Source: a virus
Lineage: Duplodnaviria > Caudoviricetes
DNA length: 64,000 nucleotides
Virus record (IMG/VR): IMGVR_UViG_3300035698_029580
Direction: 5' to 3' (one strand)
The notes beneath the pieces are model-generated. The model did no database searches, was not told where the DNA came from, and worked only from the letters and a program-made list of their open reading frames with translations. This document shows positions 12,101-21,344 of this stretch, in pieces; position 1 is the stretch's first letter; every line of letters starts with the position of its first letter. Made by a program: the position numbers and the translations under genes.

Positions 12101-12806
12101 TTGATAATGTTTTTGTTATTCTTATTGTTAATAGGTGGATGTGAAGACAAACAAGGAAAGTACGAAAATGGATTAGCTGAAATAGGTTTGGTAATGAATG
12201 GAATAGATGGAGAACGTTCTCCTAAATTTGAACTAAAACAGATTATTTGTAGTTCTGTTGATCCTAATATTATAGGTCAAATAGTAACAGAACCATATTA
12301 TTCCTATAGAACAGGTGTAGATGATTATGTTTATGGAGTACGATTTATAACATTTAGTTCGGAAATAGTCGAAGTAGATGAGTATGAAATAAAGGAAAAA
12401 AATGAAATTTAGAAAAAACAATAAGATAGTATATGGGCAAGATTTTCATTATTTCAGAGGAATTCCATCTGGAATTAATTTTGAAGTAGTAGAATTTTCT
12501 CATGGTGATGTTATTTTACAAGCTCCTGGTTATGGATGTTTAGATGGTAGAGGTTATGGAAATGGAAAAATATTTATTAGGAATAAGAGAGTAATAGTAA
12601 GAGCAAAGAGAGAGAAAAACATGATAGAAAAAGAAAAAATAAATAAACTTAAAGAACTTGGTCCTCCTTTATCTCCTCCTAATATAGACGTTAAAATTGG
12701 ATTTTTCGGAAAAGTAGAAACAAAGGAAAGTAAAAAAAGGGGAGCAGATTATTTAGAATATTTAAAAAATTATCGGGAAAAAAGAGAAAAAATAATATCT
12801 GAATAA
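9146..12806 (+). other. run of about 11 short hypothetical phage ORFs, including a small membrane protein (10049-10234) and a lipoprotein-like ORF (12077-12412)
   Basis: closely packed co-directional ORFs with no recognised family. Confidence 0.55.
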
Positions 12807-12827
12807 AAATATGGAATATTTGTAAAC

Positions 12828-12860
12828 ACACCATATTGTTGATGTCAACAAAATGGTGTC
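12828..12860. repeat. 33-bp palindrome, copy B
   Basis: ACACCATATTGTTGATGTCAACAAAATGGTGTC. Confidence 0.8.
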
Positions 12861-13097
12861 ATGGATAGAAACCTCCACACTTATTGATAAGTGTGTACTT
12901 TCTTATCCAACCTACTACATATAGTAATTTTCTTATGTTTTCCCCAAAAATATACCATATTTAGTAATTTTTCTATTATTTTCCCCAAAATATAGTAATT
13001 CTTTAATTTTCCAGCATTATATAATTTAATTGATATGTGCAGAGAAAGATGGTAAAATTCACCATTAAAAAAAATTTTTAATATAAGGAATTTAATT

Positions 13098-13610
13098 ATG
13101 TTGAAACATGTTAGAAAAGAAGTAGAAAAACTAGTCAAAGAGTTAAAACTTAATTGTACTGTTGAAGAATTTAAGTTTAAGGCTGATTGGCTCTATCTTT
13201 CTATTCATAAAGTATTACCAGAAGACTTTATGAGGGAATTCAAAGATAGAGTGTACTGGGATCATGTTCCTACTTTCCAAAGACATGTTTCTCAAAAATT
13301 TAAAGATGAATTTGATGATAGAGTGGCTTGCTGGGAAGATTGTGAAAATTGTGAAGATCGTTACGATTGTGATGACTGTGATAATGTTCCTAATTTTCCA
13401 AAAGAATTTTTGGAAGAAATTAAAAAACGTAGATATGGAGGTACTAAACATGAACATCATTCTGTTTTTCTTCCTATGTTCAAAATGAGTAAATCCCCTG
13501 ATTCTCATAACGATTATAAGAAAAAAAATGATGACAAAGAAAATTCAAAAATTAGGGAAGTATATGATTTCGTAATTAGGATTTTTTGTTATTTTCTAAA
13601 AAAGTTGTAA
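13098..13610 (+). CDS. Trp-repeat family protein with Cys/Asp-rich insert
   Basis: LNCTVEEF leader, repeats, and CWEDCENCEDRYDCDDCD segment. Confidence 0.7.
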   Translation: MLKHVRKEVEKLVKELKLNCTVEEFKFKADWLYLSIHKVLPEDFMREFKDRVYWDHVPTFQRHVSQKFKDEFDDRVACWEDCENCEDRYDCDDCDNVPNFPKEFLEEIKKRRYGGTKHEHHSVFLPMFKMSKSPDSHNDYKKKNDDKENSKIREVYDFVIRIFCYFLKKL

Positions 13611-13692
13611 AAAAAAACAGTGGATAGAAATACCTGTACTTATAAATATTTGCAGGTAATTCTATCCAATTTTTAAGATGAAAGAATAGACG

Positions 13693-15189
13693 ATGAAGAA
13701 ATTGATAATTATTCTATTATTTGTAAGTTCTTTTTGTCTAGCAGATCCCAATGATCCCAACATGCTCTACCCAGACATAAATAATGATGCAATAGTAGAT
13801 GCCAACGATTTAATAATTCTTAAGGAATGTTTCCTTTCCACTGATCCAAATTTTTCTTATGCAGATTTTAATAATGATTTAGAAATTAATCTTCATGATT
13901 TATCTATTCTGTCAAGTAATTGGGGAAAAGAGTCAATTGATAATGATTTAATTGTTAATTGTCCAAATAATGTTATTGGCTCTTTAGATATTTATCCCTC
14001 TGGTTATGACTATCCTGATGACCTTTCTCTATTAGTTGATGGAAAAATTGTTGACTCTTTTAATCCGTGGCAACAAGGAACTTATTTCAATTTAGAGAGT
14101 TTTTGCTTTCCTAATGGAAGTTATGAATTAAGAATTTTTAAATATGATAGTACAGGAAGAGCATGGCTTTCAAATAAATGTATAACCAATTTTGATAATG
14201 TACTATCCAATCTTAATGCAGATAGTTTTGTCAGAGGGCAAGACTATCATTTAACTGCAAATTATGAGGATCCCAATGACTCAAGAGGGCTAAATATAAA
14301 GGTAATAGATTTATTAGATGATAGCATAGTATTTAATACAGATATAGATGGAAACATAGATTTAATAATTCCTTCAAGTGTTTTTATTAATGCTTATTAT
14401 AAAATTGTTATAAAAGAAATTCCTATGGGAATAGCCTCTCTTGGAGATGATGAATTTGATGAGTGGGAAAAAATTGTTTCTGAAAAATTTGATACAGAAA
14501 ATTATCTTACTACTTCTTCTGTAGAAATGCTTATAACTATTCCTGATAGAAAAGTTGCAGAAGCACGATTTTCACATATACAAAAAATTCTTTCCGAGTG
14601 TGATAGAAAACAAATAGAATATTGTATTCTTTACGAAGAAAATTGTACTTGGCAAAATTTTTCTTGGATGATGATTGTCCCACAGGATGTATGCTACTGG
14701 GTAAATATAGGACATGGAAGTACTGAAATAGAAGAGATACAAAGAACAAACATAAAGTTTTATGATTGTACCGTTGTTGCTTGGAAAGGTAGCGACACTC
14801 TAGATCCAAATGATGATTTGCCAAATGTTGAAAATAAAGTAAAATCATTGGCTAGTCTTCATCTTTATGACAAAGGAAAATTAAAATTTGTCTTAATTGA
14901 TGCTTGTGAAAGTGCTCTTGAATCTGATTTTGCCTATTCTTGTGGAATGTTTTCTCAATCTAATTATAGTAGACATGATCAGACTTATGTAGGATGGGCA
15001 GATGTTACTTATGCTGGATGGGCTCTCCCTCAATACAATTATTTCCTAGAAGATTACTGGCATTCTTTTGGGGGAGGAGATTCTGTTTATGAGAGCATTA
15101 TGGATGCTATTGAAGCAAGGTCAGGTAGTTATATTCCTGGAGAAAATATTCGTTTTTGGGGTTCTGCAAACTCTACTTTTTTGAGGTAA
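13693..15189 (+). CDS. secreted protein with dockerin-like Ca-binding repeats
   Basis: signal peptide, DINNDAIVDANDL and DFNNDLEINLHDL repeats, several DPN motifs. Confidence 0.75.
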   Translation: MKKLIIILLFVSSFCLADPNDPNMLYPDINNDAIVDANDLIILKECFLSTDPNFSYADFNNDLEINLHDLSILSSNWGKESIDNDLIVNCPNNVIGSLDIYPSGYDYPDDLSLLVDGKIVDSFNPWQQGTYFNLESFCFPNGSYELRIFKYDSTGRAWLSNKCITNFDNVLSNLNADSFVRGQDYHLTANYEDPNDSRGLNIKVIDLLDDSIVFNTDIDGNIDLIIPSSVFINAYYKIVIKEIPMGIASLGDDEFDEWEKIVSEKFDTENYLTTSSVEMLITIPDRKVAEARFSHIQKILSECDRKQIEYCILYEENCTWQNFSWMMIVPQDVCYWVNIGHGSTEIEEIQRTNIKFYDCTVVAWKGSDTLDPNDDLPNVENKVKSLASLHLYDKGKLKFVLIDACESALESDFAYSCGMFSQSNYSRHDQTYVGWADVTYAGWALPQYNYFLEDYWHSFGGGDSVYESIMDAIEARSGSYIPGENIRFWGSANSTFLR

Positions 15190-15194
15190 GAAAA

Positions 15195-15626
15195 ATGAAA
15201 ACTAAAATTTTGTTATGTTTAATTTGTTTTTTGTTTCTTTCTAGTTGCAACAGAAATAGTCTAAAACCAATTGTCAATAATAATGTGACAAGAATAGAAT
15301 TTCACTATACACTAAGTTATGATCCAAATAGTTGGGAGGAAATAGAAGAACTTAGGATTGAAAACAAAGATAAAATTTCTCAAATAATTATTGCTATTAA
15401 CATTAATAGTTTAAAGAGAAATAGTGCTCTGCTTGATAGTAATATTAAGATGAGGTTTGTATATGACAATGGAGAAGATACTTGGGTTAATTATCATGTT
15501 GACAGGAACAGAAAAGAAGTTTATGGAAGAGAGTGGGTATCAGTTGAACTTTATGATATCTTTTTCAGAATGGGTATAATTAAACCTTTGAAAAAAATGC
15601 CCATTCCCATTTTTCTTAAAAATTAA
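15195..15626 (+). CDS. putative lipoprotein
   Basis: hydrophobic signal ending in LSSC lipobox. Confidence 0.65.
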   Translation: MKTKILLCLICFLFLSSCNRNSLKPIVNNNVTRIEFHYTLSYDPNSWEEIEELRIENKDKISQIIIAININSLKRNSALLDSNIKMRFVYDNGEDTWVNYHVDRNRKEVYGREWVSVELYDIFFRMGIIKPLKKMPIPIFLKN

Positions 15627-15648
15627 ATTTGTAAGAAAGGAATTTGAT

Positions 15649-16002
15649 ATGAAAAAATTATTTATAATTTTAATAGTATGTCTTTTTTGTTTTTTGATTG
15701 GATGTGAGATTGATGATGAAAAAAAACCCGATCCTCCAAAATTTAAAATTGGAGAACTCGTAAAAATGATAAATGGGGGAACCCAGGGTCAAATTATCGG
15801 AGTAGATTACCATTCTTATGGAACACGGTATGATAACCAAATTTATTTTACGGAAGGATGGCGTTACGCAGTAAGATTTCATATAAAAACAATAGTGACA
15901 GATTCTAGAGTGTTATCTGATGATAAACCGGTCCAATTTGAGTCCTTCATAGAAAAAACTGTTTGGGAATTTGAATTAGAAAAAAAAGAAGAAATAAAAT
16001 AA
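15649..16002 (+). CDS. putative lipoprotein
   Basis: signal ending in LIGC; similar architecture to 12077-12412. Confidence 0.55.
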   Translation: MKKLFIILIVCLFCFLIGCEIDDEKKPDPPKFKIGELVKMINGGTQGQIIGVDYHSYGTRYDNQIYFTEGWRYAVRFHIKTIVTDSRVLSDDKPVQFESFIEKTVWEFELEKKEEIK

Positions 16003-16111
16003 AAATGTAGTTTATCAGAGGTAAATGCTCATTTTTGATGAATAAATGAGGATTTATAATTTTCCAGCATTATATAAAATAATCATATAGGGTAGAAGTT
16101 GAAAGTAAAAT

Positions 16112-17311
16112 ATGATAAGGACTATTGTAATGGAAAATGAAGAAAGCTTATTCGGTCCCCTGGGAGATAATGTTGAGAAATACTCAAATATTATTCCTCC
16201 GGAAGAATTAATTCCTGAAAAATCTGTAAATTATTCAGACGGAATTATGAGTTTGGATAACCATAGAGAAGTTGTGCCTATTGGCAGGACATCTACGGGA
16301 TTTGAGGAATTAGACTGGCTTTATGGTAGTTCTCCAGAAAAGGATTGTCCTAAATGGGGTATGCCCAATGGGAGGATATCTATTTGGGCAGGAGAGGGAG
16401 GAGTAGGAAAAACTCGTACATCTATCTCAATTTGCAAGGGATTGATATTAAAAGGTAAAAAAGTTTTATATTTTCAGAATGAAGTTGAATTATCATCTTT
16501 TATAAGTTGGGTAATAAAAAATGAAAATGACAAGAATTTGCCATTGGAAAGATTTATAATTTCTGATAGAATGTCGTTAGAAGGTCAGTTATCAGCTATA
16601 GAAGAATGTGATCCCGATATAGTAATAATTGATAGCATAAATAGGATTGTTGAATTTGGTAGTGGAGTTGGAAAAAATATTAAGTTAATTATTGATGGAA
16701 ATGGAGAGCAAAGAGGTTATAGGGATATATTAAAAGGAAGAGATACTCATGTTATTTTTATCAGTCATTTAAATGGAGAGGGAGAAATAAAGGGATCTAC
16801 GGACCTAAAACATCTGCCTGATGTGTTGTTTTATTTAAAAAATGCCGATAATAATAAATTTACTATACAAGTGAATAAAAATCGTTATGGTAGAAGTGAT
16901 AAAGAAAGCACTTGGGAAAAAGTTGAAGATGGAGTAGTCTGTCTTTCTAATAATAGATATGAAGAAGTTATTAAAGCATTAAAGAAAAATGGTGTATATG
17001 ACGATATATCTCAACATATTAATGAAGAAGAAGCAATTAGGGTTGCTGAAATTGAGAAAGAAGAAGAAATAAAGGTTAAAAAACTTAAGGATGAAAATTT
17101 TCGAAATTTTGTTGAAAAGTTAAATCTTACGGTATATGATAGAAAAAATTTATATAAAACTTTGGGATTTCCTTTCAATAAAAATCGTTATAAGGTAAAA
17201 AGACCCTGGACAAAAAAAGGACTTGAGGATATGTTTGAAGAATGGGATGCAGAAAATAGAAAATTATGTGAAGAATTTGGGGTTCCTAATTGGCATTCAT
17301 ATTCAAAATAA
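16112..17311 (+). CDS. RadA/Sms-like RecA-family ATPase
   Basis: STGFEELD, Walker A GEGGVGKT, IIDSI, KNRYG motif; no Zn finger or Lon domain evident. Confidence 0.8.
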   Translation: MIRTIVMENEESLFGPLGDNVEKYSNIIPPEELIPEKSVNYSDGIMSLDNHREVVPIGRTSTGFEELDWLYGSSPEKDCPKWGMPNGRISIWAGEGGVGKTRTSISICKGLILKGKKVLYFQNEVELSSFISWVIKNENDKNLPLERFIISDRMSLEGQLSAIEECDPDIVIIDSINRIVEFGSGVGKNIKLIIDGNGEQRGYRDILKGRDTHVIFISHLNGEGEIKGSTDLKHLPDVLFYLKNADNNKFTIQVNKNRYGRSDKESTWEKVEDGVVCLSNNRYEEVIKALKKNGVYDDISQHINEEEAIRVAEIEKEEEIKVKKLKDENFRNFVEKLNLTVYDRKNLYKTLGFPFNKNRYKVKRPWTKKGLEDMFEEWDAENRKLCEEFGVPNWHSYSK

Positions 17312-17370
17312 TTAGAAGAACAAGAAGAATTTGACTGAAATTTTTTAATAATCTGTTAGGAGAGCCGCCG

Positions 17371-18702
17371 ATGAGAACAAACGTAAAAGCTAAGGATGGC
17401 AAGGAATTTGTAACTTATGAGGGTGGACGTGCAGTCAGAACCTCAGATGAGAAGTTATTGAGACGTACCTTAATGACTTGTTTTCTGGGTGAAAATACTT
17501 TTTATGAAGATGGAGAGTCTATTAAGGACAGAATTCGTGAACTGGTAGCAAAGGTTGATCCTATAGTTGTAGCATCAATGGCTATTGAAGCTCGTGAACA
17601 AATGAACTTACGTCATGCTCCACTATGGATAGTGAGGGAGATGGCTCGTAATAGATATCCTGGCACAGCAGATACTATTGAGAGAGTAATTCAACGAGCA
17701 GATGAATTAAGTGAATTATTGGCTATGTATTGGGAAGACGGTAAGTGTGCATTGTCTAAGCAACTAAAGCTAGGATTGGCTCGTGCATTTACTAAGTTTA
17801 ACGAGTATCAATTGGCTAAGTATAATAGGAATAACATCGTTAAATTACGAGATGTCTTATTTATGGTACACGCAAAGCCTAAGGACAAAGAACAGGCTGT
17901 TATTTGGAAAAGATTAGTAGATGGTAAATTAAAAACTCCTGATACTTGGGAAGTTGATTTATCTTTGGGAGAAGGTAAGACTACTGATGAAGATAAGAAG
18001 CTTAAGTGGGCAAGGTTGTTAAAAGAGAATAAATTAGGTGGATTAGCATTATTGCGTAATTTACGTAATATGAAAGACGCTGGTGTTAATGAAGATTTGG
18101 TATTTGCTGCATTAAATAACAGTAATTTCAGCAGAGTATTACCATTTAGATTTATTGCTGCGGAAAAATATGTTCCACATTGGTCTGGACAGTTAGAACA
18201 AGTTATGTTCAAAAGTTTAAAAGACGTTAAAAAACTATCAGGTAAAACAGCTGTTTTAGTTGATATAAGTGGTAGCATGAGTTGGTCTAATTTGTCTGAG
18301 AAATCTGATATGTTGAGAAAGGATGGAGCTATTGGATTAGCTATATGTGCTCGTGAACTGTGTGAAGATTGTCGTATATATGCTTTTCACACAGAGGTAT
18401 TTGATGTTCCTGCCCGACGAGGATTTGCCATAAGAGATGCAATTAATAAATTTGGAGCAGGTGGTACTTATTTAGGTGCAGCAGTCAAGCATGTTAATGA
18501 TACTTATGAATATGACCGTATTATTGTTGTAACTGATGAGCAGGCACACGATGTGGTTGGTCCTCCTTTGAAAGACAGTAATGCATATATGATTAACGTA
18601 GCATCGTATAAAAATAGTGTTGGTTATGGAAAATGGGCAAAGATCACAGGTTTTTCTGAATCTATTTTTAAGTACATAAGTGCTTACGAGGAGGAGATTT
18701 AG
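17371..18702 (+). CDS. Ro60/Rsr TROVE-domain RNA-binding protein with C-terminal vWA domain
   Basis: ENTFYE, NLRHAP, RADEL, FNEYQLAKY, PDTWE, ALLRNLRN, VLPFRF; MIDAS DISGSM; GGT; IIVVTDEQ. Confidence 0.93.
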   Translation: MRTNVKAKDGKEFVTYEGGRAVRTSDEKLLRRTLMTCFLGENTFYEDGESIKDRIRELVAKVDPIVVASMAIEAREQMNLRHAPLWIVREMARNRYPGTADTIERVIQRADELSELLAMYWEDGKCALSKQLKLGLARAFTKFNEYQLAKYNRNNIVKLRDVLFMVHAKPKDKEQAVIWKRLVDGKLKTPDTWEVDLSLGEGKTTDEDKKLKWARLLKENKLGGLALLRNLRNMKDAGVNEDLVFAALNNSNFSRVLPFRFIAAEKYVPHWSGQLEQVMFKSLKDVKKLSGKTAVLVDISGSMSWSNLSEKSDMLRKDGAIGLAICARELCEDCRIYAFHTEVFDVPARRGFAIRDAINKFGAGGTYLGAAVKHVNDTYEYDRIIVVTDEQAHDVVGPPLKDSNAYMINVASYKNSVGYGKWAKITGFSESIFKYISAYEEEI

Positions 18703-18711
18703 AGCAAAAAT

Positions 18712-18773
18712 AGGTGGTGAAGTCAAGGGTTACTTCTAAGTTTATGAAAAAACCCCTTGACAACTGTTCCCCT
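18712..18773 (+). ncRNA. Y-RNA-like repeat 1
   Basis: AGGTGGTGAA-GTCAAGGG-TTACTTC...GAA...CCCTTGAC-AACTGTTCCCCT; starts 10 nt after the TROVE stop codon. Confidence 0.75.
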
Positions 18774-18791
18774 TTTTTGTATAATTGGAAT

Positions 18792-18860
18792 TGGTGAGTG
18801 GTGAAGATAAGAGTTACTTCCATTTAAGAAACCATGCTTTTATCGTTTGTTCCCTTACTA
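18792..18860 (+). ncRNA. Y-RNA-like repeat 2
   Basis: GAGTGGTGAA-GATAAGAG-TTACTTC...CTTTTATC-GTTTGTTCCCTT. Confidence 0.75.
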
Positions 18861-18917
18861 TTTTAAGAAATATTTTCTACTATTTTATTTGTGGGAGCCG
18901 TAAAATAGTAAAAAAAT

Positions 18918-18981
18918 TAGGTGGTGAAAATAAGAGTTACTTCTTGCTATTGAAAATGAACTCTTATTGTTTGTTCCCCTA
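18918..18981 (+). ncRNA. Y-RNA-like repeat 3
   Basis: AATAAGAGTT/AACTCTTATT stem inside the conserved GTGGTGAA and TTGTTCCCCT ends. Confidence 0.75.
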
Positions 18982-19010
18982 TATTTTTATTTGAATAAAG
19001 GTTATTAAAA

Positions 19011-19418
19011 ATGAGTATAGATAATAGTTATGGAAAAGGATTTCAGAAATCAGTTATTGAACAGTTGGCTGAACAAAAGGCTCACCCTGAAAAAGTTGCA
19101 AAGTGTCCTTGTTGTAATCATTTTGTATCAGTACCTTCGTATCAATATGATTGTACACTTGTTGAGTATGCATGTGGAACAACGAAGAGTTACACAGGAG
19201 AAATTAAACAGAGTTCAACTTGTATAAAAAATGTTCGAAATAACGACGCTAAGGCTTTTCAAAAGAAAATAGATATTTTGAGTAGTGCAATGCCTACTAC
19301 TATAGGACATCCAGGAGGAAAGTTAGTTAAAGTTGTTGGTCATTATGAAAATGGATCAAAGCAGACTATTGATGGAGCAGTTGTCGAAAAGGCTTGTAAA
19401 GAGGTACATAAAAATTAG
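19011..19418 (+). CDS. hypothetical Cys-rich protein embedded in the Y-RNA-like array
   Basis: 135-aa ORF with AAGG RBS and CPCC motif. Confidence 0.6.
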   Translation: MSIDNSYGKGFQKSVIEQLAEQKAHPEKVAKCPCCNHFVSVPSYQYDCTLVEYACGTTKSYTGEIKQSSTCIKNVRNNDAKAFQKKIDILSSAMPTTIGHPGGKLVKVVGHYENGSKQTIDGAVVEKACKEVHKN

Positions 19419-19543
19419 GTGGTGTAGATAAAAGTTACTTCTACTTCAAATAGAGAAATTTTGGGTTCGAGTCCCAAAACCAATTAAGTTTGGTCTCGTC
19501 TAACGGTAGGACGCTAAAACAACTTTTGTCGATTGTTCCCCTA
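19416..19543 (+). ncRNA. YrlA-like RNA with permuted tRNA module (repeat 4)
   Basis: conserved ends enclose anticodon arm (loop CTTCAAA), T arm TTGGG-TTCGAGT-CCCAA, closed acceptor ACCAA/TTGGT and D arm GTCT-AACGGTA-GGAC. Confidence 0.85.
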
Positions 19544-19579
19544 TATTTTTAAAAAATAATGCATTGATACTGAGTTAGT

Positions 19580-19663
19580 TAAGAGTGGTGAAAATAAAAG
19601 ATACTTCATCAATGAACCTTGTTCGTTAGAAACAAGATCTCTTTTATTGATTGTTCCCTCTTA
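19580..19663 (+). ncRNA. Y-RNA-like repeat 5
   Basis: same conserved ends; insert hairpin CTTGTT-CGTTAGA-AACAAG. Confidence 0.75.
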
Positions 19664-19686
19664 TTTTTTAAAAATTTAGATTAAAA

Positions 19687-19815
19687 CATACAAAAGTGTA
19701 GGTGTGAAAAATCGCGGACACACTGGGTGCCTCTCACTGGTGGACTGGGCCAAGTGGCTGAAAAGTCGAAGAAAACCATCATCAGCCGGAGTAGCGACCG
19801 GCACACTTTTGTATG
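19687..19815 (+). ncRNA. unassigned structured RNA candidate
   Basis: 13-bp terminal stem CATACAAAAGTGT/ACACTTTTGTATG enclosing a GC-rich multi-stem core. Confidence 0.55.
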
Positions 19816-19882
19816 ATTTTGATAATTTTCCAGTAAAAAATAATTTAGTTATTACATAGTTCAAATTTAGAAAGGTATTAAA

Positions 19883-20494
19883 ATGAATGAGAAGACACAA
19901 ACAATTGATAATGAAGAAGTTATGAAATTATCAGTTATAAAAGAAGTAGAATATCTAATTAAAGAATTAGGTATGACTCATTGTGGTGTATATGATTTCG
20001 AGGACAAAGTTGATTGGACTGGCATTTCTTCTTCTAAAACCTTATCTGAAGATTTTATAAGAGAATTCAAAAATAAAGTCTCTTGGTATAATATTTCTCA
20101 ATATCAAACTTTATCGGAAGATTTTATTAGAGAATTTAAAGATAAAATTCATTGGTATTTGATTTCTCGATATCAAACTTTATCAGAAGAATTTATAAGA
20201 GAATTTAAAAATAAGGTTGATTGGAATTGTATTTCTCAAAATCAAGAATTATCCGAAGATTTTATAAGAGAATTTAAAGATAAAGTTATTTTGATAACTA
20301 TTTCTCAATATCAAAAATTATCTGAAGAATTTATTAGAGAATTTAAAAATAAAATTTGGTGGTCAGATATTATTCATTATAAAAAATTATCCGAAATATT
20401 TATGTATGAATTGCTAGAACAGTTAGGGTCTGATTTTATAGATGATGCAGGTTTCCGAGATCGTATTAAATCAGAGTTAAAAAATGTGGGATAA
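19883..20494 (+). CDS. Trp-repeat family protein
   Basis: five or six 24-aa repeats; tandem paralogue of 20542-21102. Confidence 0.85.
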   Translation: MNEKTQTIDNEEVMKLSVIKEVEYLIKELGMTHCGVYDFEDKVDWTGISSSKTLSEDFIREFKNKVSWYNISQYQTLSEDFIREFKDKIHWYLISRYQTLSEEFIREFKNKVDWNCISQNQELSEDFIREFKDKVILITISQYQKLSEEFIREFKNKIWWSDIIHYKKLSEIFMYELLEQLGSDFIDDAGFRDRIKSELKNVG

Positions 20495-20541
20495 TTTAAT
20501 TTTCCAGCATAAAGATGATTTTGTTATTATAAGGTATTAAA

Positions 20542-21102
20542 ATGGATGAGAAGACACAAACAATTGATAGTGAGAAAGTTATGAAATTATCAGTTATAAA
20601 AGAAGTAGAATGTCTAATTAAAAAATTAAAGTTAAATTGTACTGTAGAAGAATTCCCAGATAAAGTTGATTGGATGTATATTTCTGAACATCAAAAATTA
20701 TCCGAAGATTTTATAAGAGAATTTAAAGATAAAGATACTTGGATAAATATTTTTATTTGGATAAATATTTCTCAACATCAAAAATTATCTGAAGAATTTA
20801 TTAGAGAATTTCAAGATTATGTTAGATGGAATTCTATTTCTGGACATCAAAAATTATCAGAAGAATTTATTAGAGAATTTCAAAATAGAGTTAGTTGGTG
20901 TCTTATTTCTGAATGTCAAAATTTATCAGAAGAATTTTTAAAAGAATTTAAAAATAAAATTTGGTGGTCAGATATTATCTGTCATAGAAAATTATCTTTA
21001 ATGTCTATTTATGAATTGCTAGAAGAGTTAGGGTATAGTTCTGTAGATGATGCAGGTTTCCGGGATCGTATTAAATCGAAGTTAAAAAATGAGAAAATTT
21101 AA
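20542..21102 (+). CDS. Trp-repeat family protein
   Basis: shares near-identical N- and C-termini with 19883-20494. Confidence 0.85.
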   Translation: MDEKTQTIDSEKVMKLSVIKEVECLIKKLKLNCTVEEFPDKVDWMYISEHQKLSEDFIREFKDKDTWINIFIWINISQHQKLSEEFIREFQDYVRWNSISGHQKLSEEFIREFQNRVSWCLISECQNLSEEFLKEFKNKIWWSDIICHRKLSLMSIYELLEELGYSSVDDAGFRDRIKSKLKNEKI

Positions 21103-21344
21103 AAATTTTCCAGCATTATAATTTTTGTTGGATATAAATAGAGGATTTTTAAAAAATATGGCTGAAAACTGGAAATTAAATGAAATTGTTAAATTATCTA
21201 AAGAGGAATCTCTGTCATTGGCAGAAACTCCCTTGAAAGCCTGCCGAGAGATATTTAAAGAATTGGCTAGATGGAGAAGTGAATCTTTAGATTCCAAGAT
21301 AAGAATTAATTGATAATTTTCCAGCATTATAATTTTTGTTGGAT

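Noticed and set aside
18785-18994. 69-aa ORF from the track
   Set aside because: It overlaps Y-like repeats 2 and 3 and has a TTG start without an RBS; its internal repeat simply reflects the RNA motif.
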